64,000 nt of DNA from Nanobdellota archaeon (GTDB taxonomy: Archaea > Nanobdellota > Nanobdellia > Pacearchaeales > GW2011-AR1). Location of the stretch: NCBI GenBank assembly GCA_018815925.1, contig JAHIWS010000011.1, positions 51,753 to 115,752 of the forward strand, given 5' to 3'. The translations under genes were made by a program, and so were the position numbers. Shown here one piece after another: positions 1 to 8,992 of this stretch (the stretch's first letter is position 1; each line of letters starts with the position of its first letter). The notes beneath the pieces are model-generated. The model worked only from the letters and a program-made list of their open reading frames with translations. It searched no databases and had not been told where the DNA came from.

Positions 1-3000
1 AGATGCATCCAAACTTCAGTGTCTAAACCAGCACAATCATGAGTGTGCCAATTTCCAGTAGTACCCCAATCAGAACTAAACTCGTCAGTTGCTCTCCAGT
101 CAAAAATCTGGTAATTGTTAGTGCTAGCAAGCCCCTTTATGATATAATTGACTCCATGAACATAATTATCCATTTTTATCCAGAATTCTATTGTTAAATC
201 TTCTGTTGTAAAGTCTAAAGAATCATCTGCATCAGCCCAGATTAATGAATCTCCAGATGCTGCTCCCTCCCAATCAAAAGCCCTACCTATTTTACCCCCA
301 ATATAATCTAAAGATGCTGATTTAGTAAGGTTGTGGATTCCTAATGAATCATTCAAATTTTGAAAATGCCAAACAGCTTCGTAGGTTTCTGCCCAAACAC
401 CAGCGATGTTTTCTCCTGATGAAGCACCAGAATTATCATAATATAAACAAATTTGATTATTACCAGCATTTATCGAAGGTATTTTAACCCAAACATGTGC
501 ATTTGTTCCTGTATAATTTTCTATTTCATAAGCTAACTCAGAACCTCCAGCATTACAAGCTCCACTAATAAACCTTAAATCATCATAATCTGTTTGCATT
601 TCAGAATCATAAGTTACATTAATATACACTGGGAAATTTGTTAAACTTCCAACACCAGTTATATTAATTTCTTTTCTTTTTTCCCATGACGGATTCCACC
701 AATTATCGGGGTCTAAACTAACATTGATTGTTCCACAATTTCCATTTCTACAAGTCACATTTAAAGTTACATTGAAAAATTCATTTTGTGTTGAATTGAT
801 GTTCCCTAAAGGGTAAATTAAATCTAAATCAATTGTTGGAGGAATAATAGTTAAGTTACTTGAGTTTCCCCAAATACTATAATTTGTTCCATCATATAAT
901 CTTAAACTACAAAACCAAGTATCTCCTCCACTTAGATTTCCTTTATCAAGAGCAGCATTAAATAAAATTGAGTTAGCATAACTGTTGTTGTAATCTATGT
1001 TTATACTTTCTATTGAATTGTTATACCATTTAACTGTAACATTCATTTTGTCTTCATCATTATCACTAAGAGTGTACGAACAATTTAAATTCGCAGAGGT
1101 TAAGTTTGATTTATCAGCTGAGATAATTGTTGGGTTTGGGGTGTTGGGGATAGTGTTTACAATTTGTATTATTGTTGAATTTTGTTTTGTTAGGCCATCT
1201 AAAAATGCATCATTTGGGGTTACTTGGCAAGTCCAATTTTCATTTCCAGATGTTTCATCAGAGATTATTGTTGAGTTTGTATTATTGTTGAGTCCATCTA
1301 TATAGAGTTGGTAAATTTGTGATGCTGAGAGAGTTTTATTCCAGATTCTTAAATTATCTATAGTTCCGTTCCAGTAATTAGTAGATTCCATTCTTCCAAT
1401 AAAGAAATCATTTGACTGGTCAAAAAACGGGCCTGATGGGATACTAGATGAGTCTGTTTGATTTAATTCACCATTAACATATAGTTTGTAAGAATTTCCA
1501 GCATCCATTACTAGAGCTAGGTGATACCAGGTATTGGTTGCAATAAAATTTCCTGTAACAACATAAGCAGAAGTTCCATCCACATAAGATCCAATTGTTT
1601 GTCCATTTCTGTAAAAGAGTAGATCTCCATTTCCTACTGTTCCTCCGTCATAATTTGTAAAAATGTATGGTCCTTCACTTGTTGTTCTTGTATTTATCCA
1701 AATTTCTATTGTGAAATTATAAGTGTTATTTAGTGAACTTGATTTGTTAACTAAAATATAATCATCGATTCCATCAAAAACATATGCTCCACCTGATTTA
1801 CCTGAAGAGGTCCATCGAGGAACGTTTGCAGCAACACCTCCTCCTAGGGTTCCGTTATTATTTAGGGTAGAGTAATCTCTAATAAGATTAGTAGTTGTTG
1901 AATCTTCATTTGTGTCAAGGGGCATATTTAAGAGTAAAATTGGAGTTTCATCTACTAACCAATTATAAATGTTTGTAACAGAATTTGAGTCTGCATCAGC
2001 TGTTGACTGGTTTAGACAAGTGAAATTTTGTGTTGATGTTGGAGATGAAGGAAAGAATATCGGGGCTGTTTGAGTTGGAGCTGTGTTTGAGGTTGGTAAA
2101 ATTAATAATTGTGTTAATGAGCTTGTTAAATTAACACTTGTTGAGTTTTCATCATAACCAGATTTGTTTCCAATAACATTATAGTTTGTAAAATAAACTC
2201 TTCCGTTTGAAGTTTCATTAAACTCTATTAAGGTAAACAAGGGGGTTAAACCATCTGCTCCTGTTGTTTTGTTTATTGCTGTTCCAAAAACATTTGTTAC
2301 ATTAACAACAGCAGATTCAAGAGCATCAAAGTTTTTATCAGTAACATTTATTCTAAGATAATAATAATTAAAAAAAGTTGCAGTTCCCAGAATCTGTGCA
2401 GTGGATTTATTAAAAGTTACATCATAAAAAATAATATTTGTTGCACTATTTGCAATTATAGTGGAATTAATTGTTTCACTTATAGTTGAATTATATATTT
2501 TTGAATTGTCTGATGTTCCTGCAAAATAAATTCCTTGAGTAGTGTCTGTGATATTCAAACCAGAACAGATGCTTTCTCGATTAATATAAAGAGCATAGTT
2601 TGTTGAAATATTAGATATTGTGTTATTTTTACAAGAAGTAATAGAAATATCATCTAAATAAATACCTCCATTGGTTGTGGAGGATAAATGTTGAATTATA
2701 TTATCCTCTATACCACTTCCTATTGACCCCAAGATATAAATTCCATCATCAGCACCATATGAAATTATATTTGAAATAATATTTAGATTGTTTGCATTGC
2801 TAGTAGATATGCTTTGTCCACTACTTGATTCTATTATGTTTGCTTTTATTGTTCCTTCATCTGAATCTGAAATTTGTATACCTATGTTTGTTTTATTTAT
2901 TATGTTTTCTTGTATTATTGAACTAGTTGAAGTTGATTGGATATTTATCCCTATAAACTCTATGTTTTTTATTATGTTTTTTGTTGTATTTAAAAATGAA

Positions 3001-6000
3001 GAAGCTGTGGTATAAATTGCTTCATAACTATTTTTTATTGTTGAATTATAAATTGTTAAATTATCTGAAGAATCTGAATATATAGCATCTCCTATTGTTC
3101 TTATAGATGCTTGACATCCTCCTGTTTCTCCATCTCCATCAATTCTTTTTGTTCCATTTATATTAGAAAAATCAGAATTCTTAATTGTATTATTATCAGA
3201 AGTTTTTAAATAAATCCCATACAATCCTCCATCATAACACCCACTAGCAAAAGTAGATTCTGTAAACATTTCTGTTATATTTAAATCCTCAACAACATTG
3301 TGATATGAATTAGTAAAATTTATTGCTACTGCAAAAACATCTCCAGAACTTATATCTGTTGTATTATATATTGTTGTATTTTCAATTTTAGAATTATTAG
3401 TATCAAAAAAATGTATTACTAAATTTGCATCTTCTATTCTACAATTTTTTATTGTTATTCCAGTTCTATGGTTTGAGTTTATTAAGGATGTTGAAGTTGG
3501 TCCTGAACCATATATAGTATATCCTGCACAGTCTAAAGTTCCATCATTTTGATTAAAGACATAACAATCACCAGAATTAGAAGTTAATGTAGTACTTGCT
3601 CCAATATTTAAACAATCAGTTACGAAGGTTTCATTTTGTTTTGTTAGGCCATCACCTGTTGCATCATTTGGGGTTACTTGGCAAGTCCAATTTTCATTTT
3701 CTGTTGTTTCTGAATGTTTTATTGTAGAGTATGAAATATTATTGAGCCCTTCTATATATAGTTGATGAATTTGTTGTTCTGATAAAGTTCTGTTCCAGAG
3801 CCTTACACCATCTATTGTTCCATTAAAGAAATTCCCTCCTCCATCCCGCATACTTCCAATACTGAAATTGTTTTGGTTGTCTAAAAAAGGTCCAGGAGAA
3901 ATATCTGTTTCATCTGTTTTATTTAATTTTCCATCAATATATATTTTGTAAGAATTTCCAGCATCTACTACTGCAATTATATGGGTCCAAGTATTTAATG
4001 TAAGAACATTAACTGTTTCAATATTATTTGCATTCTCTATGAAAAGACCTATATCATCATCGAGTTGATATAATAAAATATCTCCATGCCCTATTTCTCC
4101 TCCATAGAAATTTGAAAATAAATGTGGTTCTTCAGTTATATTTCTTGGATTTATCCACATTTCTATACTTAAATCTGTTAAATTAGTTAGGGAACTAGAC
4201 TTATCTAGGTGGATAAAATCATTAACTCCGTCAAAAACATATGCTCCTCCTATTTTTCCTTCAGAAGTCCATATAGGTTCACTTCCTGCTGTGCTATTTC
4301 CTAAAGTTCCATTATTGCCTAAACCTGAATAATCTCTAATTATGTCAGCAGTTGTTGAAGATTCGTTTGTATCAAATTGCATATTTATTAGTGTAATTGG
4401 GGTTTCATCTACTAACCAATTATAGATGTTTGTTACAGCATCTCCTTCTGTATCAGAAGTTGATTGGTTTACACATAATATATTGCTTGTTATAGTTGCA
4501 TTTGGGAGGGGGGTTACTGCAGGATTACTGTGGGTTGGGGCTGTGTTAGATGATAGTATAGTTAAACCACTTGAGTTTCCCCATCCAGAATAATCTGTTC
4601 CATCAAAAAGTCTAAGACTACAATTCCAAACATCTCCAACACTTAGATTTCCCTTATAAAGAGTTGCACTAAAGAAAGTTGCATTTGCATAACTATTATT
4701 GTAATTTATTGTTGAATCTAATATAGAATTATTATACCATCTTACAGTAACATTCATTTTATCCGCATTATCATCGCTTAAAATGTAAGAGCAATTTAAA
4801 TCACCAGAAGTTGTGTTTGTTGAGTCATTTGAAACAAGTGTTGGAGTTGGAAGATCTGGAGCAGCGTTTGATGAATAGGTGATTTCTAAATAAGGATCAT
4901 ATGTGGTTCCTGTGTATTGTTCTGAAGCCCACCAGTCAAGATTATTGCCTGCTACTGCAACTGAATCAGGATTTATTACAATAAAATCAATTGTGTCTCC
5001 CCATGTAAGGCTGTCAAGACTATTGTCTGCATTATCTCCTCGCAAAGTCCATATATACCAAGCATCAGCAGTTGTGCCTCCGACTACTCCTGTTTCATCT
5101 ACAATGGTTGCACTATAATCTCCACCAGCTGCTTTCCAGCTATGGGAACAATCATATTGGATCCACCCTGCGCCTGTTGTACATGCTCCACCACAACTTT
5201 CAGCGCCTTCTGTAAAAGATTGAACTAATTCATGAAGTTCATAATAACGAGTTGTAGCACTGCTACCTCCACTATATGTATTTACTGCATATCTATACAT
5301 GTTATAATCTATACTTGTAATTGTTCCTGATCCAGAACTTAGAGTCCATTCTAAAATAGGCCTGTAGTCATAACTAGTGTCTATTATTTTTCCAGCGAGC
5401 ATTTCTGAACACTGCCCATATGATTTGTAGTTGTCTGCTAATCTTTTTCTTATATAACTATCTTTATTATTAGCCGAACCAGTATCACTATCATCAACCA
5501 ATACTTGGGGATATTCTAATCCTTTTGGAATTTCTACAAATAATTTATTATCTATTACTCTAAAATCAGACCTTTTTATTAGAGATTCAATAATACAATC
5601 TTTGCAAATATTTTCCCGAGTTAATCCAGAGTCATCTTCTGGTTTTCCATTTATTATTCCATTAGGATAAAGTTGTAGCATTTCCTCTTCTGTAAGTTCA
5701 ATATTTGTTAGAGAAATTTCATTGTAAGGTCTTTTATCTTTGGAGAAAAGATAAGGTTTTTCAAAGAACCATATTTCATTTCCCTTTTCATCTACAACTT
5801 TTGCTTCTTGTTTGTCCTGACTTAAAATGATTTCAGCCCACTCTGGTAATTCAATATATAATTGAAGAGAATCATTTGGTTCTGAGTCAATAGTTATTTC
5901 TCCTGGAAGTGGTAAGTCAGGAATGTGATAATAATTGTTATTTTGAAAATAATTTATTGGGGATGCACTTTGAATTTGTATGCCTTCATCTTTATTTTTT

Positions 6001-7682
6001 TCAAATACAAGTGTATCTTGACCTCTTAGTTCTGGATTTTCTTTTAGATTTTCTTCTTCATAGATTTCTTTAAACATTTTAACAGAACTTCTTAGTTCAT
6101 CATCAAATGCACCTATCATTCCTATTTCATTAGTATTAAAAGTAATGTCTGTTCCGTTGTTTTTAAAAAGGATATCTAGTTTTTTCCAGCTTAGACAGCT
6201 TAGGTTATTTTCTGGATCTATTTCTTCACAAATTTTTAAATTATTTACAAATCCATATTTTGGAAGAGATATTTTTGTAGATTCTATGTTTTGTTTTTTA
6301 GAAAGAATAAGATCTGATTTTAGGCCTTTGATATTTAGTTGATTTCTTTTTATGAGGGTAAAATTTAGTTTTGTGAAATTTGAGATTGTTGTGTTTGTTG
6401 GAATTGTAATGTTAATTTCTGTAATATTTGTTGTTATGTTTTCTTCTGGAAGAGTTATATTTTCAACAGGTTCTGAGATTTCTTTTAATATTTTATATTT
6501 TATATTATCAATATTTATTTTTGAATTTTTAATTTCTATTTTTAAGGTGTAAGAGGTTTTGTTTAAATTTAAGTTAGAAATATTGCATGTTTCTTCACAA
6601 ATATCTTTAAAATTTATTGTTTTAGATTTTTCTTCTTTAGTGATATTCATGTTAGTTTCTTCCCCTTCTTCTAGAATATTTTCTTCTGGAATAGTGATAT
6701 TTGTTTCTGGCTTTGTGACATTAATTTCAGGTTCTGGTTCTTCTTTTATATTCGTTTCAATTCCCCCGGTAATATTTTCTTCTGGAATAGTGATGTTTGT
6801 TTTTGATTCTGTTAATTTTTCCTCTGTTTCAGAAGTAAGAGGCTCCTCTTCGGAAGGACTCGAATCTTCTTGTTGAGAAACCTCTTCTGAATTTATTTCT
6901 TCTGAACTTGATTCTTCTTCAGAAGAAGAAGGAGAATTCTCTTCGGAAGGACTCGAATCTTCTTGTTGAGAAACTCCTTCTTCACTTGTATCTTCTGAAT
7001 TTGATGGGCTTGAATCTGGAATATCCTCTACTGCTTTTCCGATAATTCCAAATAACCCTAATAATTTTTTGAAAAAACCAATATTTTCTGTATTTGCTAT
7101 TGCTTGACCTGTTATTCCTGCTGAAGTTTTTTTATTTTCTTTTAAGTTTTTGCTGTTTAGAATTAATAAATCATCTAAATAGATTTTAATCTGGCCTTTA
7201 TTTTCAAAAAAACCAGATAATTTTACAAAGTCAAGAGTTCCTGGGTTTTCAATTTGCCATTCATAGGTTGTTGATCCATTGAATTCTATATTAAAGTCTT
7301 GAGTAAATTCTTGTTGTTCAGTAAAAAAACCTACTATGATTGGTTGAATATAGAACATAGATGTTATTAAAATAATTATAAAAATAGCTGAGAAAAAAAG
7401 AACAGGTATTCTTCTTTTTAAGATTTCTTTTTTTTGTTTTTTTAAAAGTTCTTCACATTCTTTGGTATAATTACTATAGAAATCAATCCATTGTTTAAGG
7501 GTTTTGTTATCTGTTTTTTTATGGAGAATTTCTATGTATCTAGAATAAGGAATTTGTCTTTGAGTATATTTTTGATTAAGATTTTGAAAATAAGAAATTA
7601 ACTCTTTTTTCTTCTTCTGTGCAAAAGCTATTCTTTTTTGTAGTTCCACTGCTGTGGCTTTTGCTAGTCGAGTCCTTCCCAT
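1..7682 (-). CDS. Giant membrane-anchored surface protein, 3'-truncated by the window edge (>2,560 aa). Order: N-terminal cytoplasmic domain, TM anchor, acidic S/E/P linker with NITIPEENIT repeats, tentative DNRLRE-like beta-sandwich, Ig-like, LamG, parallel beta-helix, LamG, Ig-like, DUF2341, start of a third LamG
   Basis: Absent from the ORF track because it has no stop inside the window. The reverse-strand ATG at 7682-7680 opens a frame that I read without a stop down to position 3. The N-terminus MGRTRLAKATAVELQKRIAFAQKKKKELISYFQNLNQKYTQRQIPYSRYIEILHKK is about 91% identical to that of ORF 17474..22378. TM: IPVLFFSAIFIIILITSMFY (about 7340-7420). LamG motifs: GGAYVFDGVNDFIHL...WTHIIAVVDAGNSYKIYIDGK...GTIDGVRLWNRTLSEQQIHQLY (about 3750-4440), and a second copy at about 1290-1980. 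DUF2341-like: WWNPSWEKRKEINITG..LTNFPVYINV..DYDDLRFIS..LAYEIENY..HVWVKIPSI..ICLYYDN (about 420-715). NxT-rich beta-helix repeats at about 2050-3620. The + strand ORFs listed here are antisense shadows. Confidence 0.85.
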   Translation of the reverse strand, partial: MGRTRLAKATAVELQKRIAFAQKKKKELISYFQNLNQKYTQRQIPYSRYIEILHKKTDNKTLKQWIDFYSNYTKECEELLKKQKKEILKRRIPVLFFSAIFIIILITSMFYIQPIIVGFFTEQQEFTQDFNIEFNGSTTYEWQIENPGTLDFVKLSGFFENKGQIKIYLDDLLILNSKNLKENKKTSAGITGQAIANTENIGFFKKLLGLFGIIGKAVEDIPDSSPSNSEDTSEEGVSQQEDSSPSEENSPSSSEEESSSEEINSEEVSQQEDSSPSEEEPLTSETEEKLTESKTNITIPEENITGGIETNIKEEPEPEINVTKPETNITIPEENILEEGEETNMNITKEEKSKTINFKDICEETCNISNLNLNKTSYTLKIEIKNSKINIDNIKYKILKEISEPVENITLPEENITTNITEINITIPTNTTISNFTKLNFTLIKRNQLNIKGLKSDLILSKKQNIESTKISLPKYGFVNNLKICEEIDPENNLSCLSWKKLDILFKNNGTDITFNTNEIGMIGAFDDELRSSVKMFKEIYEEENLKENPELRGQDTLVFEKNKDEGIQIQSASPINYFQNNNYYHIPDLPLPGEITIDSEPNDSLQLYIELPEWAEIILSQDKQEAKVVDEKGNEIWFFEKPYLFSKDKRPYNEISLTNIELTEEEMLQLYPNGIINGKPEDDSGLTRENICKDCIIESLIKRSDFRVIDNKLFVEIPKGLEYPQVLVDDSDTGSANNKDSYIRKRLADNYKSYGQCSEMLAGKIIDTSYDYRPILEWTLSSGSGTITSIDYNMYRYAVNTYSGGSSATTRYYELHELVQSFTEGAESCGGACTTGAGWIQYDCSHSWKAAGGDYSATIVDETGVVGGTTADAWYIWTLRGDNADNSLDSLTWGDTIDFIVINPDSVAVAGNNLDWWASEQYTGTTYDPYLEITYSSNAAPDLPTPTLVSNDSTNTTSGDLNCSYILSDDNADKMNVTVRWYNNSILDSTINYNNSYANATFFSATLYKGNLSVGDVWNCSLRLFDGTDYSGWGNSSGLTILSSNTAPTHSNPAVTPLPNATITSNILCVNQSTSDTEGDAVTNIYNWLVDETPITLINMQFDTNESSTTADIIRDYSGLGNNGTLGNSTAGSEPIWTSEGKIGGAYVFDGVNDFIHLDKSSSLTNLTDLSIEMWINPRNITEEPHLFSNFYGGEIGHGDILLYQLDDDIGLFIENANNIETVNVLTLNTWTHIIAVVDAGNSYKIYIDGKLNKTDETDISPGPFLDNQNNFSIGSMRDGGGNFFNGTIDGVRLWNRTLSEQQIHQLYIEGLNNISYSTIKHSETTENENWTCQVTPNDATGDGLTKQNETFVTDCLNIGASTTLTSNSGDCYVFNQNDGTLDCAGYTIYGSGPTSTSLINSNHRTGITIKNCRIEDANLVIHFFDTNNSKIENTTIYNTTDISSGDVFAVAINFTNSYHNVVEDLNITEMFTESTFASGCYDGGLYGIYLKTSDNNTIKNSDFSNINGTKRIDGDGETGGCQASIRTIGDAIYSDSSDNLTIYNSTIKNSYEAIYTTASSFLNTTKNIIKNIEFIGINIQSTSTSSIIQENIINKTNIGIQISDSDEGTIKANIIESSSGQSISTSNANNLNIISNIISYGADDGIYILGSIGSGIEDNIIQHLSSTTNGGIYLDDISITSCKNNTISNISTNYALYINRESICSGLNITDTTQGIYFAGTSDNSKIYNSTISETINSTIIANSATNIIFYDVTFNKSTAQILGTATFFNYYYLRINVTDKNFDALESAVVNVTNVFGTAINKTTGADGLTPLFTLIEFNETSNGRVYFTNYNVIGNKSGYDENSTSVNLTSSLTQLLILPTSNTAPTQTAPIFFPSSPTSTQNFTCLNQSTADADSNSVTNIYNWLVDETPILLLNMPLDTNEDSTTTNLIRDYSTLNNNGTLGGGVAANVPRWTSSGKSGGAYVFDGIDDYILVNKSSSLNNTYNFTIEIWINTRTTSEGPYIFTNYDGGTVGNGDLLFYRNGQTIGSYVDGTSAYVVTGNFIATNTWYHLALVMDAGNSYKLYVNGELNQTDSSSIPSGPFFDQSNDFFIGRMESTNYWNGTIDNLRIWNKTLSASQIYQLYIDGLNNNTNSTIISDETSGNENWTCQVTPNDAFLDGLTKQNSTIIQIVNTIPNTPNPTIISADKSNLTSANLNCSYTLSDNDEDKMNVTVKWYNNSIESINIDYNNSYANSILFNAALDKGNLSGGDTWFCSLRLYDGTNYSIWGNSSNLTIIPPTIDLDLIYPLGNINSTQNEFFNVTLNVTCRNGNCGTINVSLDPDNWWNPSWEKRKEINITGVGSLTNFPVYINVTYDSEMQTDYDDLRFISGACNAGGSELAYEIENYTGTNAHVWVKIPSINAGNNQICLYYDNSGASSGENIAGVWAETYEAVWHFQNLNDSLGIHNLTKSASLDYIGGKIGRAFDWEGAASGDSLIWADADDSLDFTTEDLTIEFWIKMDNYVHGVNYIIKGLASTNNYQIFDWRATDEFSSDWGTTGNWHTHDCAGLDTEVWMH

Positions 7683-7706
7683 ACTTATTATATATGTATG
7701 ATATGT

Positions 7707-7714
7707 ATTATAAA
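7707..7714 (-). promoter_or_regulatory. TATA box (TTTATAAT on the - strand), 25 nt upstream of the giant-gene ATG; implies a leaderless or near-leaderless mRNA
   Basis: attataaa on the + strand at 7707-7714. The 17 nt between it and the ATG (acttattatatatgtat) recur upstream of the paralogous giant gene at 22378. Confidence 0.5.
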
Positions 7715-7859
7715 TCTTTGTATTCTTGTTAAAAATACTTATTATATGTGTATTAATTAGAGTGAGAAAAAAGGCTTATTTTTTAGGGGTTTTAAAAGAG
7801 AGGTTTAGGATTTATTAATAAAAAACTTTTAAATACAAGAATTCGTAGTAAGTATTGAT

Positions 7860-7932
7860 GCGGAGGTGGCACAGTGGTTACTGCAGTCGGTTGCAGCCCG
7901 ACTTTTCGTGAGTTCGAATCTCACCCTCCGCT
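7860..7932 (+). tRNA. tRNA-Cys (anticodon GCA), 73 nt, no intron
   Basis: Hand-folded cloverleaf. Acceptor GCGGAGG/CCTCCGC, D arm GCAC-AGTGGTTA-CTGC, anticodon arm GTCGG-TTGCAGC-CCGAC, variable TTTTC, T arm GTGAG-TTCGAAT-CTCAC, discriminator T. TATA-like cttttaaata lies about 25 nt upstream. Confidence 0.9.
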
Positions 7933-8080
7933 TTTTCAGAAAAGGTTTAATAAAAAATGAAAGATTTAGAAGTAGCTAAAAAAGAGAAAAAAGGATGGGT
8001 GTTTTTATCTGAGAAATCTATTAAAAATGTAAGAATAATAAAAAAGATGAAATGCTATGGAAAGACTACTTATAAAAAAT

Positions 8081-8866
8081 TTATTTACTAATTTTTTTCT
8101 TAAATCTTCTTTCGATTGCAAGTAAAATTCCTGCTGCAAAAATTACAAAAATAAAAACATAGGTAAATTTGCCATTTTTCATATAACTTAATAATCCTGT
8201 TTCAGAATCTTCATCAGGCCTTACTCCTCCTGTTACAGGACTTCTTTTAGAAGCAGTTTCATCTAAGACCCCTATTACTTTCCCTGTTCCTGTTAATTTA
8301 ACTTCTCCTTCTGTCAGGGTTGTTTTTCCATCACTTACCCTTATATTATAAATCCCTTCTGGTGCAACTAGTTTGTAAGAAACTGATTCTCCAATATTTA
8401 ATTTAGGGTATTTATTCCCGGTTGTATCACCTATTGTTATTTGGACTGTTTTAGTATATTGGGTGTTTCCAATATTTGTTATTATTAGAGTATCGTCTTT
8501 TAATTCAAAGCTTACTTCTTCTTTTATTTCTATATTAAAAAAACCATTTGCTTCTTGTCCTTGGTATTGTACAGTTATTGTTCCTTGTCCATAACTGGCT
8601 TTATTGCCTATTTCTATGCTAACAATTTCATTAGAATGAATTGTTTTTTCTAATTTAGTTCTTTTTTCGGCATCTTCAAGAATTACAAAAATCTCTTCGT
8701 TGATAGGATTGTTTGAAGAATCAAGTAGGGTTACTTTTAATGTTATGGGTTCTCCTGATTTAAAAATATCAGAGGTTGTTTCTATGTTTATTTTATAATC
8801 TTGGGCTATAATGAAGGGACTAATTAATGCAATACATAATAAAAAGAATATTAGTTTTTTTTTCAT
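8081..8866 (-). CDS. Secreted, C-terminally anchored beta-rich (Ig-like) surface protein
   Basis: Signal peptide MKKKLIFFLLCIALISPFIIAQ. C-terminal TM FTYVFIFVIFAAGILLAI followed by a basic tail ERRFKKKISK. No specific family recognised. Confidence 0.6.
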   Translation of the reverse strand: MKKKLIFFLLCIALISPFIIAQDYKINIETTSDIFKSGEPITLKVTLLDSSNNPINEEIFVILEDAEKRTKLEKTIHSNEIVSIEIGNKASYGQGTITVQYQGQEANGFFNIEIKEEVSFELKDDTLIITNIGNTQYTKTVQITIGDTTGNKYPKLNIGESVSYKLVAPEGIYNIRVSDGKTTLTEGEVKLTGTGKVIGVLDETASKRSPVTGGVRPDEDSETGLLSYMKNGKFTYVFIFVIFAAGILLAIERRFKKKISK

Positions 8867-8992
8867 ATTTTGTCTAATAAAGATAGATATTTAAAAGTTT
8901 TGTATTATTGTATTATATACTAGGAGATAATAAAGTTTAAATAAAAAATTAATGATTTTTTAAGTGAATAATACAATTGAAAGGAGGTAAAA

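Noticed and set aside
997-6876. Plus-strand ORFs from the track (997..1305, 2788..3015, 4903..5118, 6145..6342, 6352..6552, 6559..6876)
   Set aside because: They lie antisense to a continuous >2,560-codon reverse-strand frame with recognisable domains. Their translations are low-complexity and hydrophobic (F/I/L/S-rich), which is typical of shadow ORFs in AT-rich DNA. The same applies to the antisense ORFs inside the other long genes, for example 18024..18599, 21569..21898, 13255..13692 and 26261..27058.
7957-8091. 44-codon ORF downstream of tRNA-Cys (MKDLEVAKKEKKGWVFLSEKSIKNVRIIKKMKCYGKTTYKKFIY); also a 58-codon ORF at 40034..40210
   Set aside because: No SD or TATA at a convincing distance. 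Both overlap the 3' ends of convergent genes, and their composition is typical of random AT-rich frames. I kept them out of the feature list.
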